Below are positions 26,283 to 36,102 of a stretch of DNA of 40,771 nt, in pieces. Below the pieces are notes generated by a model. That model had not been told where the DNA came from and did no database searches. It saw nothing but the letters and a program-made list of their open reading frames with translations. The stretch lies in the IMG/VR virus record IMGVR_UViG_3300049135_000080, positions 1 to 40,771 of that record; one strand, written 5' to 3'. The position numbers were made by a program, and so were the translations under genes. Origin of the DNA: a virus (taxonomy: Duplodnaviria > Caudoviricetes). Each line of letters starts with the position of its first letter. Positions within the stretch are counted from its first letter, which is position 1.

Positions 26283-26731
26283 TGGCCGCCACCAGCGAAG
26301 GCGCCATCAAGGCGTACCTGGAATCCCTCAACAGCGGCGTTCCGTTCTTCCGCGACGGCCCCCGCCCCGGGCAGGCCACGCCGTACGGCCTCATCGAGCA
26401 GCAGGACATCACCGTCAACCGGGCCGCGAACGGCGACTTCGGCGACCAGACGGCCGAGGTCAACGTCACCGAGATCCTCACCGTCGACATCGTCCAGACC
26501 GCACGCATCAAGACCGGCCCCACCACCACGAAGAACGCCGAACGCTACGGCCTCGCTGAAGTCCTCGCGAAGGCCCTCCACGGCTGCCAACTGCCCGCTG
26601 CGCCGTTCCCTGTGACCGCCGTCAAGGTCCGCGACATCGACCGCTTCCCCATCACCGACAACCGGATCCGGCACTCGATCACCGTCGAGGTGCACCGGCC
26701 GCTGCGACTCACCGAGGTGATCCCCGCATGA
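26282..26731 (+). CDS. Tail terminator-like protein
   Basis: Position, size, and a P..ATPYG motif. Confidence 0.6.
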   Translation: MAATSEGAIKAYLESLNSGVPFFRDGPRPGQATPYGLIEQQDITVNRAANGDFGDQTAEVNVTEILTVDIVQTARIKTGPTTTKNAERYGLAEVLAKALHGCQLPAAPFPVTAVKVRDIDRFPITDNRIRHSITVEVHRPLRLTEVIPA

Positions 26732-27096
26732 CCGACGTCGTCTACGTCCAGCTCGACCGCGACCAGGCCATCCAGAACCTGGGCTCTCACTGGCCGGTGC
26801 CGGCCGACGCCACCGTCCTGCGCTGCCCCGCACCGGGTGGTGTCACCGACGGCGCGGTCGTCATCTACGAGCGGCCGGGACGCCCGGGTGTGACGTGGTG
26901 GCTGGTCGACTCGATCCTCCCGCCGCAGGGCGCGGGGACGCCGGATGAGCACCTGGCGTCGCTGGTCCCCGAGTCGGAGCTGATCGTCCCGGAGCCCGTC
27001 GAGGACCCGCTCCCGCCCGACCAGGACGGCATGTCCGCCATGGACACCCCGTCTGACCGCCCGTCCGGGCCGAACCCCGGCACCAGGAAGGAATGA
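26728..27096 (+). CDS. Hypothetical protein
   Basis: ATGA overlaps on both sides. Confidence 0.6.
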   Translation: MTDVVYVQLDRDQAIQNLGSHWPVPADATVLRCPAPGGVTDGAVVIYERPGRPGVTWWLVDSILPPQGAGTPDEHLASLVPESELIVPEPVEDPLPPDQDGMSAMDTPSDRPSGPNPGTRKE

Positions 27097-27680
27097 GCCC
27101 CATGCCTATCTCGCGAGTGACAAAGCTGTACGCGGTGGAGGACGCCAAGATTGCGCCCCTCCTCGCCGACCCGGAGGGCGGCACCCCGGCCTACGGCGCG
27201 GCCATCGACGTACCCGGCATCAAGGCCATGGAGATCTCCGGCGACGTCGAAGTGAAGGAGCTCCGGGGGGATAACGGGCTGCTCGACTCCGACGCGGTCA
27301 TCTCCAACGTGACCGTGGCATTCCCCCACGCCAAGTTGAGCCTGGACGTGCTGGCCGCGCTGGTGTCCTCGACCGTCACTGACTCGGGGACGACACCCGC
27401 GCAGAAGACCCGCTGGTCACTCAAGCAAGGCGCGCGGCCGCTGCCCTTCAAGCTCATCGGCAAGACGCCCACAGGCGGCGGCGACATCATCGGCGGCGAC
27501 GTTCACTTCATCCTCAACAAGTGCGTGATGTCCACCTTCCCGGGCCTCGGCCTGGCCGAGGAGGACTACCGCACGATCGAGAACGAGGCGCGCTGCCTGC
27601 CCCTGATCTCCACCGGTGAGTGGATCGACGTCGACATCAACGAGACCGCCGTAGCGATCCCGACCGCAGCCACCCCGTGA
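27093..27680 (+). CDS. Major tail (tube) protein
   Basis: TPAYG..IDVPG...ELRGD. 195 aa. Precedes the chaperone and tape measure genes. Confidence 0.8.
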   Translation: MSPMPISRVTKLYAVEDAKIAPLLADPEGGTPAYGAAIDVPGIKAMEISGDVEVKELRGDNGLLDSDAVISNVTVAFPHAKLSLDVLAALVSSTVTDSGTTPAQKTRWSLKQGARPLPFKLIGKTPTGGGDIIGGDVHFILNKCVMSTFPGLGLAEEDYRTIENEARCLPLISTGEWIDVDINETAVAIPTAATP

Positions 27681-27683
27681 TCC

Positions 27684-27720
27684 CCGGGCGGGCGCGGCTC
27701 CTCGCTCGCCGCCCGCCCGG
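27684..27720 (+). terminator. Hairpin after the major tail gene
   Basis: CCGGGCGGGC...GCCCGCCCGG. Confidence 0.5.
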
Positions 27721-27766
27721 CCCCCCATTCGCAGGCCGAAACCCGGCACTCACGTAGGGACCAACC

Positions 27767-28330
27767 ATGACCACTGCCACACCCCTGACCGCGCTCGGCC
27801 AGGAAATCCGCTTCGCCGACGGCACCACCGGCCGCCTCCGCTTCAGCCTCGGCTCGATGGCCCTCCTCGAGCAGCGCTACGGCGGACTCGGCGGCATCAT
27901 CGGCATGTTCGAGAACCTCGACGGCGAAGCCCTCAACTCCGTCATCGTCGGCCCGCTGATCGAGGTCATCGGCGCCGGCCTCACGGGATCCGGCGGGTTC
28001 GTCCCGCACGTCACCGAGCGCGTGACGACCGTCCGCGAGGAAACCCCCGACGGCCGCAAGACATCGCGGGACGTGCGGGAGGTCACGGCCGTGCGCTACG
28101 TCCGCCAGAAGGACCGCGCCGAGCTCGGCGACCTCCTCGACTTCCGCGACATCAACAGCCTGATCGACGCCTTCCAGGCCGCGTTCGCGGAGGCGTTCCC
28201 GCAGGGGGAAGGAATGGCCCCGGCGGGGCCGTACACGGACGTGACACTGCCGGACACCTTCCGTGGGACGAGCTCTACTACGTCGGCACCGTCACCCTCC
28301 ACCGCACAGACGCCGCCTTCTGGGAGCTGA
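27767..28330 (+). CDS. Tail assembly chaperone (G-like)
   Basis: Lies between tube and tape measure genes. Contains a slippery site. Confidence 0.8.
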   Translation: MTTATPLTALGQEIRFADGTTGRLRFSLGSMALLEQRYGGLGGIIGMFENLDGEALNSVIVGPLIEVIGAGLTGSGGFVPHVTERVTTVREETPDGRKTSRDVREVTAVRYVRQKDRAELGDLLDFRDINSLIDAFQAAFAEAFPQGEGMAPAGPYTDVTLPDTFRGTSSTTSAPSPSTAQTPPSGS

Positions 28331-28455
28331 CCCTCGCCCAGCTCATGACCCTCGTCGCGCAACACCGCATCGCCCAAGGCGGCGAGACCGCGAAACCGGC
28401 CGAACCTGCCGACGGGGCCAGCCTGCTCAGCTTCGCCGCGATGCGCCGCACCTGA
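28204..28455 (+). CDS. -1 frameshift extension of the chaperone (GT-like)
   Basis: G GGG GAA at 28204-28210. The -1 frame is open to TGA 28455 and encodes LPWDELYY...FWELTLAQL. Confidence 0.8.
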   Translation, partial: GGRNGPGGAVHGRDTAGHLPWDELYYVGTVTLHRTDAAFWELTLAQLMTLVAQHRIAQGGETAKPAEPADGASLLSFAAMRRT

Positions 28456-28468
28456 AAGGAGGTGACCG

Positions 28469-30613
28469 ATGTCGACACCCTCCGGAGACCCGGACCTCAC
28501 CGGACGGCTACGCCTCGACCTGTCCGGCCTCATCTCCGGCCTCCAGCGGGCACGCACCACCACCCGCCGACAGATCGACGGCCTCGTCCGCGACGCCAAC
28601 GGCCGCCTGCGCGACGCCAACGGCCGGTTCGTCTCCGAAGTCCAACGGAACACGCGCACCGTCGGCAGCTTGTTCTCGTCACTCGGTACGGGGATCCGGC
28701 AGATCGCCACGACGATCGTGTCTGTCGGCGCGCGGATGGCCGGCAGCTTCGCCCTCGCCGGGGCCGCGATCGGCGGCGTCCTACCGATCGTCGCCGGGCT
28801 GGTCGCCGCCCTCTCCAACATCGCGCCCGCGGCCGCCGTCGGCGTGTCCGCGATGCTCGCCCTTCAGCTGGCCACAAACACGCTGAAGTTGGCGATGGTC
28901 GGCGTCGAGGATGCGATCGCTGCGGCGCTGGATCCGGAGGGCGCGGAAGCCTACGCCGAGGCGATCAAGAAACTGTCGCCGGAGGCCAGGAAGTTCACTG
29001 ACGTCCTGCGCGAGATGGCCCCGGAGCTGGACGAGTTCCGCCGCCAGGTGCAGGACCGGGTGTTCGCCGACTTCAGCACCGAGCTGACGCGGACCGCCAA
29101 GTCGGTACTGCCTGCCCTGAAAACGGCGCTCCTCAACACCGGCGACAGTCTGAACGCGATGGCCAAGGGCGTGGCCGAATCCGCCCGTGACCTCAGCGAC
29201 CGGGGCATCTTTGGACAGGCCCTCGACTCGGCCACCACCTCCCTGGAATCCATGGAGCAGGTGCCCGGCCGGATCACCACGTCGCTCGGCCTGCTGGCCG
29301 CAGCGGCCGGCCCGTCGCTCGAGCGGATCGCGAAGAAGGCTGACGAGGTTAGTGTCCGTATCACCGACTCCCTGGTCCGCTCCTTCGAGTCCGGCGACCT
29401 GGAACGCTCCATCGACGGTGCCGTTGACCTGTTCAAGCAGCTCGGCCGCATCGTCCGCAACATCTTCGACGGCCTGAAGAACATCATCGGCGGCGTCACG
29501 CAAGAAGCGGGCAGCCTGTTCTTCATCCTGGAAAGGCTGTCGGAGGCTTTCGAGCGGCTGACCGCCTCGAAGGAATTCCAATCCATCCTCCGCGAGCTGG
29601 TCCAAACAGCGGATGAGCTGGTGAAAACTGTCCTTCCGCTGCTGAAGGAGGCGTTTGCCCAGCTCGCCCCCGTGATTGAGGAAATCGGGCCGCCGCTGCG
29701 GGACTTCATTCGGGAAGTCGGCCCGGAATTGAAGCCGCTCCTTCAGGAGCTCGGTCCGATTTTGAAAGACCTCGCGATCATCTTCAAGGAACAGCTTCCG
29801 TTCGCGATCGAGTTCACGAAGGCAGCAATCCAGACGCTGACGTTCGTACTCGGCATCGTGCACTGGCTGCTGGAGAACATCGTCATCCCGGCCGTGCGCT
29901 TGGTAGCGAGGGTACTCAACTCTGATTTCGTCAAGGCCCTCGCCTCCGCCTCCCGTGAGGCGTCGGCCAAGATCGGCGCGATTGCCCAGAAGTTCGAGCA
30001 ATTCCGCTCATCGCTGGCCAGCGTCCTACGCACGTCGGCCGGAAGGCTCTGGGATTTCATCGGATCCATCGGCCGGTTCGCCCAGGGAATCGCCAGCTCA
30101 ATGGGCGAAGTCATCAACATTTTCTGGGAAATCCCCGGAGCCATTCGCGCCGCCATCGGCGACCTCGGCAGCCTGCTGTACAACTCCGGCCGGTCACTGA
30201 TCGGCGGATTCATCTCCGGCATCATGTCCCGCATCGGCGAAATCGCGGCCGCCGCATCCGCTGCCGTCAACACCGCCCGCCAGTATTTCCCCTTCTCCCC
30301 CGCCAAGAAGGGACCTTTCTCCGGCCGCGGCTGGACGCTCTACTCCGGCCAGGCCCTCATCCAAGGTCTCAGCGACGGTATCGCCAGCCAGATCCCCCGC
30401 CTACAGGCGCAGCTTGCGCAGCTCCCCGGCCTGCCCGACCTGGCCGGCGTGGTGAGTCGGATCCCGCAGGCAGGCACGGTCAACCCCGGTCCCAGCAGCG
30501 GAACGGCGGGATCGGCCGGGCACACCTTCAACCTGTACGGCGGCGACGCCACCCCGGACAGCATCCTGCGCGCCATGTCCTGGAGCGCACTCGTGGGAGG
30601 CACCAGTGGCTAA
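28469..30613 (+). CDS. Tape measure protein
   Basis: 714 aa, helical and Ala/Leu-rich, with LYNSGRSLIGGF and FPFSPAKKGP motifs. AAAGGAGG RBS. Confidence 0.9.
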   Translation: MSTPSGDPDLTGRLRLDLSGLISGLQRARTTTRRQIDGLVRDANGRLRDANGRFVSEVQRNTRTVGSLFSSLGTGIRQIATTIVSVGARMAGSFALAGAAIGGVLPIVAGLVAALSNIAPAAAVGVSAMLALQLATNTLKLAMVGVEDAIAAALDPEGAEAYAEAIKKLSPEARKFTDVLREMAPELDEFRRQVQDRVFADFSTELTRTAKSVLPALKTALLNTGDSLNAMAKGVAESARDLSDRGIFGQALDSATTSLESMEQVPGRITTSLGLLAAAAGPSLERIAKKADEVSVRITDSLVRSFESGDLERSIDGAVDLFKQLGRIVRNIFDGLKNIIGGVTQEAGSLFFILERLSEAFERLTASKEFQSILRELVQTADELVKTVLPLLKEAFAQLAPVIEEIGPPLRDFIREVGPELKPLLQELGPILKDLAIIFKEQLPFAIEFTKAAIQTLTFVLGIVHWLLENIVIPAVRLVARVLNSDFVKALASASREASAKIGAIAQKFEQFRSSLASVLRTSAGRLWDFIGSIGRFAQGIASSMGEVINIFWEIPGAIRAAIGDLGSLLYNSGRSLIGGFISGIMSRIGEIAAAASAAVNTARQYFPFSPAKKGPFSGRGWTLYSGQALIQGLSDGIASQIPRLQAQLAQLPGLPDLAGVVSRIPQAGTVNPGPSSGTAGSAGHTFNLYGGDATPDSILRAMSWSALVGGTSG

Positions 30614-31460
30614 CGGCAAGTTGGACCGGATCCAGTGGGACGGCCTCCTCTTCGGGCCCGGATCCCAGTACCACGTCACCACGATCGTCGGTCTCGACGA
30701 CATGCCCGACGTCCGCGCCGAGGACGTCGAACGGCCCGGCCAGCACGGGGATTACACGGGCCCGGATTTCACGGGCGCCAGGACGATTCAGCTCGGCCTG
30801 TCGCTGATCGGCGACAGCCCGGACCATCTGCGGGAGCTGGTCCTCGCTCTGCGCGCCGCCACCCAGCCGCAGGCCAGTCCCGCCCCGCTGGCGTTCCTCG
30901 ACCAGGACACCCTGATCTACGGCAAGATCCGGCGCCGCAGCATCCCGTACGACGCCGAATACCTGTGGCGCACCGGCACCGCCGCGATCGAGGTGTACTG
31001 CGCCGACCCGTACCTGTACGGGCTCGACGAGCGCAGCGACTCCACCACCGCCTACAGCCCCGCCGCCGGACGCACCTACCCGATGGTCCACCCCCGCACG
31101 TACGGCAGCGCGGGAGAGTCCGGCCGCATCACCGCCCTCAACGCCGGATCCAGCGACGCCTACCCCGTGCTCCGCATCGACGGGCCCGTCTCCAACCCGA
31201 GCATCGAGCAGGTGACGACCGGACAGTCCCTCGTCATCGACGCCACCCTCCAACTCGGCGAGTACCTCCTCATCGACACCCGCACCCGCGCCGTCCTCTA
31301 CCAGGGCACCAGCCCCCGCCGCTCATGGGTCCGCGCCGGATCCACCTGGCCACTGCTACTGCCCGGCGAAAACGAGATCGCCTACCGCGGCGGCCCCGTC
31401 TCGGGCGGCGCCGGCACCCCATCCCTTCTGACCGTCACCTGGCGCGACACGAGCCTGTGA
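30606..31460 (+). CDS. Distal tail protein (Dit)
   Basis: RPGQHG, CADPYLY, NAG...YP...GP..NP, WPLLLPGEN. Confidence 0.85.
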   Translation: MANGKLDRIQWDGLLFGPGSQYHVTTIVGLDDMPDVRAEDVERPGQHGDYTGPDFTGARTIQLGLSLIGDSPDHLRELVLALRAATQPQASPAPLAFLDQDTLIYGKIRRRSIPYDAEYLWRTGTAAIEVYCADPYLYGLDERSDSTTAYSPAAGRTYPMVHPRTYGSAGESGRITALNAGSSDAYPVLRIDGPVSNPSIEQVTTGQSLVIDATLQLGEYLLIDTRTRAVLYQGTSPRRSWVRAGSTWPLLLPGENEIAYRGGPVSGGAGTPSLLTVTWRDTSL

Positions 31461-31476
31461 GAAAGGAGCCACTCCG

Positions 31477-32580
31477 ATGGCTGTCATCAACCCCCCGCCG
31501 TGGATGCAGGCTGGTTCGTACTCGGCCGCACACGACCGGCTCGTCGTCACCAGCCTGCTCGCCTACCCCGGTTTCCTCGTGGACGAGGCGACCCCGATGC
31601 GGATCCGGCAGGGCGTCCGACCCTCCTACCAAAACCAGCAGCTGAAGGTGAGGGCGGCCGCCACCCCGAACATGACCGTCCTCGTGTCCGCTGGCATGTG
31701 CTTCATCGACAATCATGATTCGGGCGGCCGCGGTACGTACGTGTGCGTCAACGACGCCGATGTCGTCCTCACGATCGCGCCTGCGGGCGGGGCCGGGCAG
31801 TTCCGCAAGGACTGTGTCGTCGCGTCCGTCTACGACGCGGAGACCGCAGGCAGCGTCTCCGAGTGGCGGCTCGAAGTGATCCAGGGCGCGTACGCGGCAT
31901 CGGCTGGTGCGGCTGTGCGGCCGTCGCTGCCGCCGAACGCGCAGATTCTCGCTGATGTGGCGATCGGCCCGTCGCAGACCAGCGTGGCCGCAGCGAACAT
32001 CACCGACATCCGACAGTACAGCGTCGGCCTCGGCGGCATCCTGCCCGTCACGTCCTCGAGCGCGCCGAACCGCCCGCACCCGGGCCAGCTGCTGTATTTG
32101 ATGGACACGGACGAGGTCCGCATCGGCAAGCTGGACGGCACCTCACGGGATATCACCGCGGACCCGCCGATGATGGTCGTCACCGGCGCGCCGAACCTCA
32201 CCGCCCACGCCTCCACCTACTTCACCCTGCCGTTCAACGCGAAGGTCACCTCGTCGGGCGGCACGTCGTGGTCGTCATCGACGAACCCCAGCAGGATCAC
32301 CGTCCCAAAGGCCGGCACGTACGCCGTCAACGGCCGGATCGTGTGGCCGGGAACGCTCACCGCCGAAGGCCGGGCCGAGGTGCGCGTCAACGGCGTGACG
32401 GGCCTGTCCCGGTTCAACACGATGCGCGGCTCGACCGGCAACATGGCCAGCGTCGTGGCGGGCTACGAGGTGCTCCAGGCGGGCGACTACGTCGAGATCG
32501 CAGCGAACCAGAACTCCGGCGCAACGACGGCGCTGCTTACCCAGTTCGGTCTGCACCGTGTGTCGGGGGCGACGTCGTGA
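31477..32580 (+). CDS. Minor tail/baseplate protein, possible receptor-binding protein
   Basis: PNMTVLVSAG, ITDIR motifs, beta-rich C-terminal domain (ITVPKAGTYAVN). Confidence 0.7.
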   Translation: MAVINPPPWMQAGSYSAAHDRLVVTSLLAYPGFLVDEATPMRIRQGVRPSYQNQQLKVRAAATPNMTVLVSAGMCFIDNHDSGGRGTYVCVNDADVVLTIAPAGGAGQFRKDCVVASVYDAETAGSVSEWRLEVIQGAYAASAGAAVRPSLPPNAQILADVAIGPSQTSVAAANITDIRQYSVGLGGILPVTSSSAPNRPHPGQLLYLMDTDEVRIGKLDGTSRDITADPPMMVVTGAPNLTAHASTYFTLPFNAKVTSSGGTSWSSSTNPSRITVPKAGTYAVNGRIVWPGTLTAEGRAEVRVNGVTGLSRFNTMRGSTGNMASVVAGYEVLQAGDYVEIAANQNSGATTALLTQFGLHRVSGATS

Positions 32581-33782
32581 CGACCGCGCTGGAGTCGCTT
32601 TTCGCGCAGCCGCAGGGCCTCAGCCAGAACTCGGTCCGGCACACGTACACGTACCTGTTCTGCGACCTGAAGACAGACACCCTGCTCGCCGAACTGCCGC
32701 TGTCCGGGGTGCGATACGGCACCATCCTCAACGGCATCGGAACCCTCACCGCACACGTCCCGTACGCCGCCGAGACCCTGCCGCTGGACCCTGAAGCGGC
32801 GACCGTCCCCGGCCGCACAGCGGTCTACGTGGACCGGGACGGCGTCATCGTGTGGGGCGGCATCCTGTGGACCCGCACCATCGCAGGCTCCGGCCGGGAC
32901 ATCGGGTGCTTGGAGTTCCCCTCCTACTACCAGCACCGCTACATCAAGCAAACCCTGTCGACCGAAGCGGGGCAGGTCACCGATCAAGATTTCGTACCGG
33001 ACGGGCAGCGGATCTGGCACGACCTGAAGCACCAGGTGTGGGCGCTGCTGAGGTGGGCGCACGTCCAGCCGTACGGCGACATCGGCATCGACACCAACGC
33101 GCTCACGGGCGCCGGGAGCGGTGTCTCCCGCTCGGCCACGTACTACGGGTACGAGCGGCCCGAGATCTACAAGACCATCCACGACCTGTCGCAGGCAGAG
33201 GACGGATTCGACTACGCCGTCGAAGTCGGCTGGACAGCGGCCGCCAACAACCAGCCGCCCGTACGGTACCGGCGGTGGAAACTCTGGTTCCCGCGCCGTG
33301 GCCGCCCGGCCTCCGAGTCCGGCCTCGTGTTCGCCCACGGCGGGCCCGCGAGCTCGATCGTGGACTACACCTGGCCGGAGCCCGGCACCGAGCTGGCGAC
33401 CGAGACGTCCGGCATCGGTGAGGGCGACGGCGAATCCACCCTCGTCCGTACAGCGCAGGCAACGGACCTGCTCGCCTCCGGCTGGCCGCTGCTCGAGGCC
33501 GTGACGAAGTACGACGGCGTCACGTCGGCCGCGTCCCTTCAGGCGCTGGCGAACGCCGACCTCAACGCCCGCAGCCAGGCCCAGACCCAGCCGACGTTCA
33601 CCGTGGAGGCCGACGCCGATCCGCCCTACGGCAGCTACCAGCTGGGAGACGAGGCGCTGTTCGTCATCGACCCGAGCGTCCGTATGCCCCACGGCCGCGA
33701 AGGCGTGCTCCGCATCATCGGCATCGACGCCGAACCGTCCACCGGTCCGGAGCGCGTCACCCTCACCTGCGCGGCGGTGTGA
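32577..33782 (+). CDS. Baseplate hub / Tal-like minor tail protein
   Basis: YLFCDLKT..LAELPL, VDRDG..VWGG, YQLGD...RIIG. Confidence 0.75.
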   Translation: MTTALESLFAQPQGLSQNSVRHTYTYLFCDLKTDTLLAELPLSGVRYGTILNGIGTLTAHVPYAAETLPLDPEAATVPGRTAVYVDRDGVIVWGGILWTRTIAGSGRDIGCLEFPSYYQHRYIKQTLSTEAGQVTDQDFVPDGQRIWHDLKHQVWALLRWAHVQPYGDIGIDTNALTGAGSGVSRSATYYGYERPEIYKTIHDLSQAEDGFDYAVEVGWTAAANNQPPVRYRRWKLWFPRRGRPASESGLVFAHGGPASSIVDYTWPEPGTELATETSGIGEGDGESTLVRTAQATDLLASGWPLLEAVTKYDGVTSAASLQALANADLNARSQAQTQPTFTVEADADPPYGSYQLGDEALFVIDPSVRMPHGREGVLRIIGIDAEPSTGPERVTLTCAAV

Positions 33783-33783
33783 C

Positions 33784-34272
33784 ATGCCCGCCTACGCATC
33801 GACCCCGAACCTGGTGCAGCGCATCGTTCGCCTGGAAGAGGAACTCGCCCAGCTACGGCGCCGCTCGGCGCCGGTCCGCGACGAAGTGCCCGTGTTCCCG
33901 ACGTCCGTGCAGGGGATGCCCGCGATGGACGACACCAGCTTCACGACGGCGTGGGAAACGATCCTCGCCCCCCGCACCGCGACGCTCAGCGTGGGTCTGG
34001 TGTTCATCGGCGACCAGGCCGGCAGTCCGCTGGTGAACACGGGCGGCCAGTGGCAGGTATTGCTCGGCAGCACGGTCGTCATGTCGGGCACGGTCGCCGC
34101 GACCTACTCCTATCAGTTCGCCGCTCAGGATCTGTCCCTCGCCGCCTACGCCAACGATTCCCAGTTGCAGCTCCAGATCCAGACCAGGCGCACCAGCGGC
34201 GCAACGACCGGCGGCCGGTGGGGTTTCGGCGGCTCGATCCTGATCGCCCCTCGCTACATCCGGCTCCTCTGA
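33784..34272 (+). CDS. Minor tail protein
   Basis: N-terminal short coiled coil LVQRIVRLEEEL, then beta-rich. Confidence 0.65.
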   Translation: MPAYASTPNLVQRIVRLEEELAQLRRRSAPVRDEVPVFPTSVQGMPAMDDTSFTTAWETILAPRTATLSVGLVFIGDQAGSPLVNTGGQWQVLLGSTVVMSGTVAATYSYQFAAQDLSLAAYANDSQLQLQIQTRRTSGATTGGRWGFGGSILIAPRYIRLL

Positions 34273-34282
34273 AAGGACCCTC

Positions 34283-35152
34283 ATGGCCACACCACTGTCC
34301 GCCGACCGGCTGCTCAGCGCGCTACGCAACGAGGGCCTGCGCGTTGTCGAGCACCGCTCGTGGCGGACGCACAACCGCAACCACAAGGGCCCGTGGGGGC
34401 CGGTGCACGGCGTGATGATCCACCACACCGTCACCGAGGGCACACAGTCCTCGGTCGAGCTCTGCTACAACGGCCACTCCTCGCTCCCCGGCCCGCTCTG
34501 CCACGGCGTCATCGCCAAGGACGGCACCGTCTACCTCGTCGGCAACGGCCGGGCCAACCATGCCGGCCTCGGCGACGGCGACGTCCTCCAGGCCGTCATC
34601 GACGAGCGGCCGCTGCCCGCCGACAACGAGGCCAACACCGACGGCAACCGCCACTTCTACGGCTTCGAGTGCATCAACCTCGGCGATGGCAAAGACCCCT
34701 GGCCGGCGGCTCAGCTGGAGGCGATTGAGCGGGTGTCCGCTGCGATCTGCCGCGCGCATGGCTGGGGCTACCGCTCTGTGATCCGCCATCTCGACTGGCA
34801 GCCCGGGAAGGTCGACCCGCGCGGCGTCGACTGGCCCGCCATGCAGGCCCGCATCACGGCCCGTCTGGGCAACACCACCCCCGCACCGTCCGAGGAGGAC
34901 GACATGACCCCTGAAGAGCGAAAGCTGCTCACCGACACGGCCGCCGCGGTCAAGCGCATCGAAGCCGCCCTGGCCCGCCAGCCGTGGACCTACAAGCAGC
35001 CCGGCGTGGACGACACCCGGGACATGAACCAGATCGTTCGCGACATCGACACGGGCGTGAAGGCCATCAGCTCCACCGGCTCCAGCCCCGCTCAGACCGA
35101 CGCCCTCGCCGACAAGGTGGCGGACAAGCTCGCCGCCCGACTCGCCGACTGA
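34283..35152 (+). CDS. Endolysin, N-acetylmuramoyl-L-alanine amidase (Amidase_2)
   Basis: VMIHHT, GPLCH, ANHAG, YGFEC, IRH...KVDP. Confidence 0.92.
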   Translation: MATPLSADRLLSALRNEGLRVVEHRSWRTHNRNHKGPWGPVHGVMIHHTVTEGTQSSVELCYNGHSSLPGPLCHGVIAKDGTVYLVGNGRANHAGLGDGDVLQAVIDERPLPADNEANTDGNRHFYGFECINLGDGKDPWPAAQLEAIERVSAAICRAHGWGYRSVIRHLDWQPGKVDPRGVDWPAMQARITARLGNTTPAPSEEDDMTPEERKLLTDTAAAVKRIEAALARQPWTYKQPGVDDTRDMNQIVRDIDTGVKAISSTGSSPAQTDALADKVADKLAARLAD

Positions 35153-35165
35153 TCGGGCGCGCGCC

Positions 35166-35510
35166 GTGATCCTCAACCTGACGCCGCACCCGATCCGCCT
35201 GTACAGCAACGACCGCGAGGACGGCATCGACGACCTCGAACCGCACCTGCGGTACGTCATCGACCCTGAGCCCGAGCCTGCCCGGCTGTCCACCATCGAA
35301 CTCGGCACCTGCGACGGCGTCGAGATGGTCGAGTTCGGCCACCGCGCGAACGTGCCACGCAAGCAGGACGGCGTCCGGTACGTCGTGTCTCTCGTCGTCG
35401 CCCTGGCCCTCGTGCCGCAAGGACGGAACGACCTCCTCGTCCCGTACCGCGAGGTCCGCAACAGCAGCGGAACCGTCATCGGCTGCCGCCAACTCGCGCA
35501 GCCCGTCTGA
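35166..35510 (+). CDS. NLTPH-motif protein (candidate Crn4-like ring nuclease)
   Basis: ILNLTPHPI...AR...YVVS...RNDLLVP...VRNSSGTVIGCRQL. Confidence 0.6.
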   Translation: MILNLTPHPIRLYSNDREDGIDDLEPHLRYVIDPEPEPARLSTIELGTCDGVEMVEFGHRANVPRKQDGVRYVVSLVVALALVPQGRNDLLVPYREVRNSSGTVIGCRQLAQPV

Positions 35511-35527
35511 ACAGAACGGAGTACCAC

Positions 35528-35755
35528 ATGTCCACTGCCCACCCCGTCGAAGCGAAGGTCAAGGCGTCGACCACGACCACCTTCCTCGCAAGCCTCGTCG
35601 TCGCCGTACTCAACGCGGTTGCCGCTGACAGCAGCCTCCTCGGCCCGCTGCCGGTGTGGCTCCAGGCCATCGTCATAGCCCTCGTCCCCACGGCCCTCAC
35701 CTTCCTGGCTGGATACCAGGCACGGCACACCCCGCGCGGCCCGTACAGCAGCTGA
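35528..35755 (+). CDS. Holin
   Basis: 75 aa, two TM helices, PVEAKVKA...GYQARHTPR. Downstream of the endolysin. Confidence 0.8.
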   Translation: MSTAHPVEAKVKASTTTTFLASLVVAVLNAVAADSSLLGPLPVWLQAIVIALVPTALTFLAGYQARHTPRGPYSS

Positions 35756-35778
35756 GCACAGCACAACCGGAGGAACCT

Positions 35779-36102
35779 GTGGACGCTGCGACGTTCGGCG
35801 CGGTCGGCACCATCCTCGTCGGGCTCGCAGCGGCCACGGGCGCATGGATAGGGAAGCGCGGCGAGAACCGCGCGAACCACCAGGGCGTGGTCATGACCGG
35901 TTACGGCGGGCTCGTCAATGAGCTCCAGGAGGAACGCGCCGACCTGCGGGAGAAGTTGACCGCCGCCTACGCCGAACTTGCCGCCGAACGCGCCGACAAG
36001 GCCCAACACCTCGCGACCATCGCACGCCTGGAAGCCGAGATTGCCACCCGCGACCGGCAGATCGCCGAACTCACCGCCGCCCGAGGAGGGCCGACACCGT
36101 GA
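35779..36102 (+). CDS. TM + coiled-coil lysis-cassette protein
   Basis: GGAGG RBS, N-terminal [10 protein letters not shown] heptads. Confidence 0.7.
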   Translation: MDAATFGAVGTILVGLAAATGAWIGKRGENRANHQGVVMTGYGGLVNELQEERADLREKLTAAYAELAAERADKAQHLATIARLEAEIATRDRQIAELTAARGGPTP

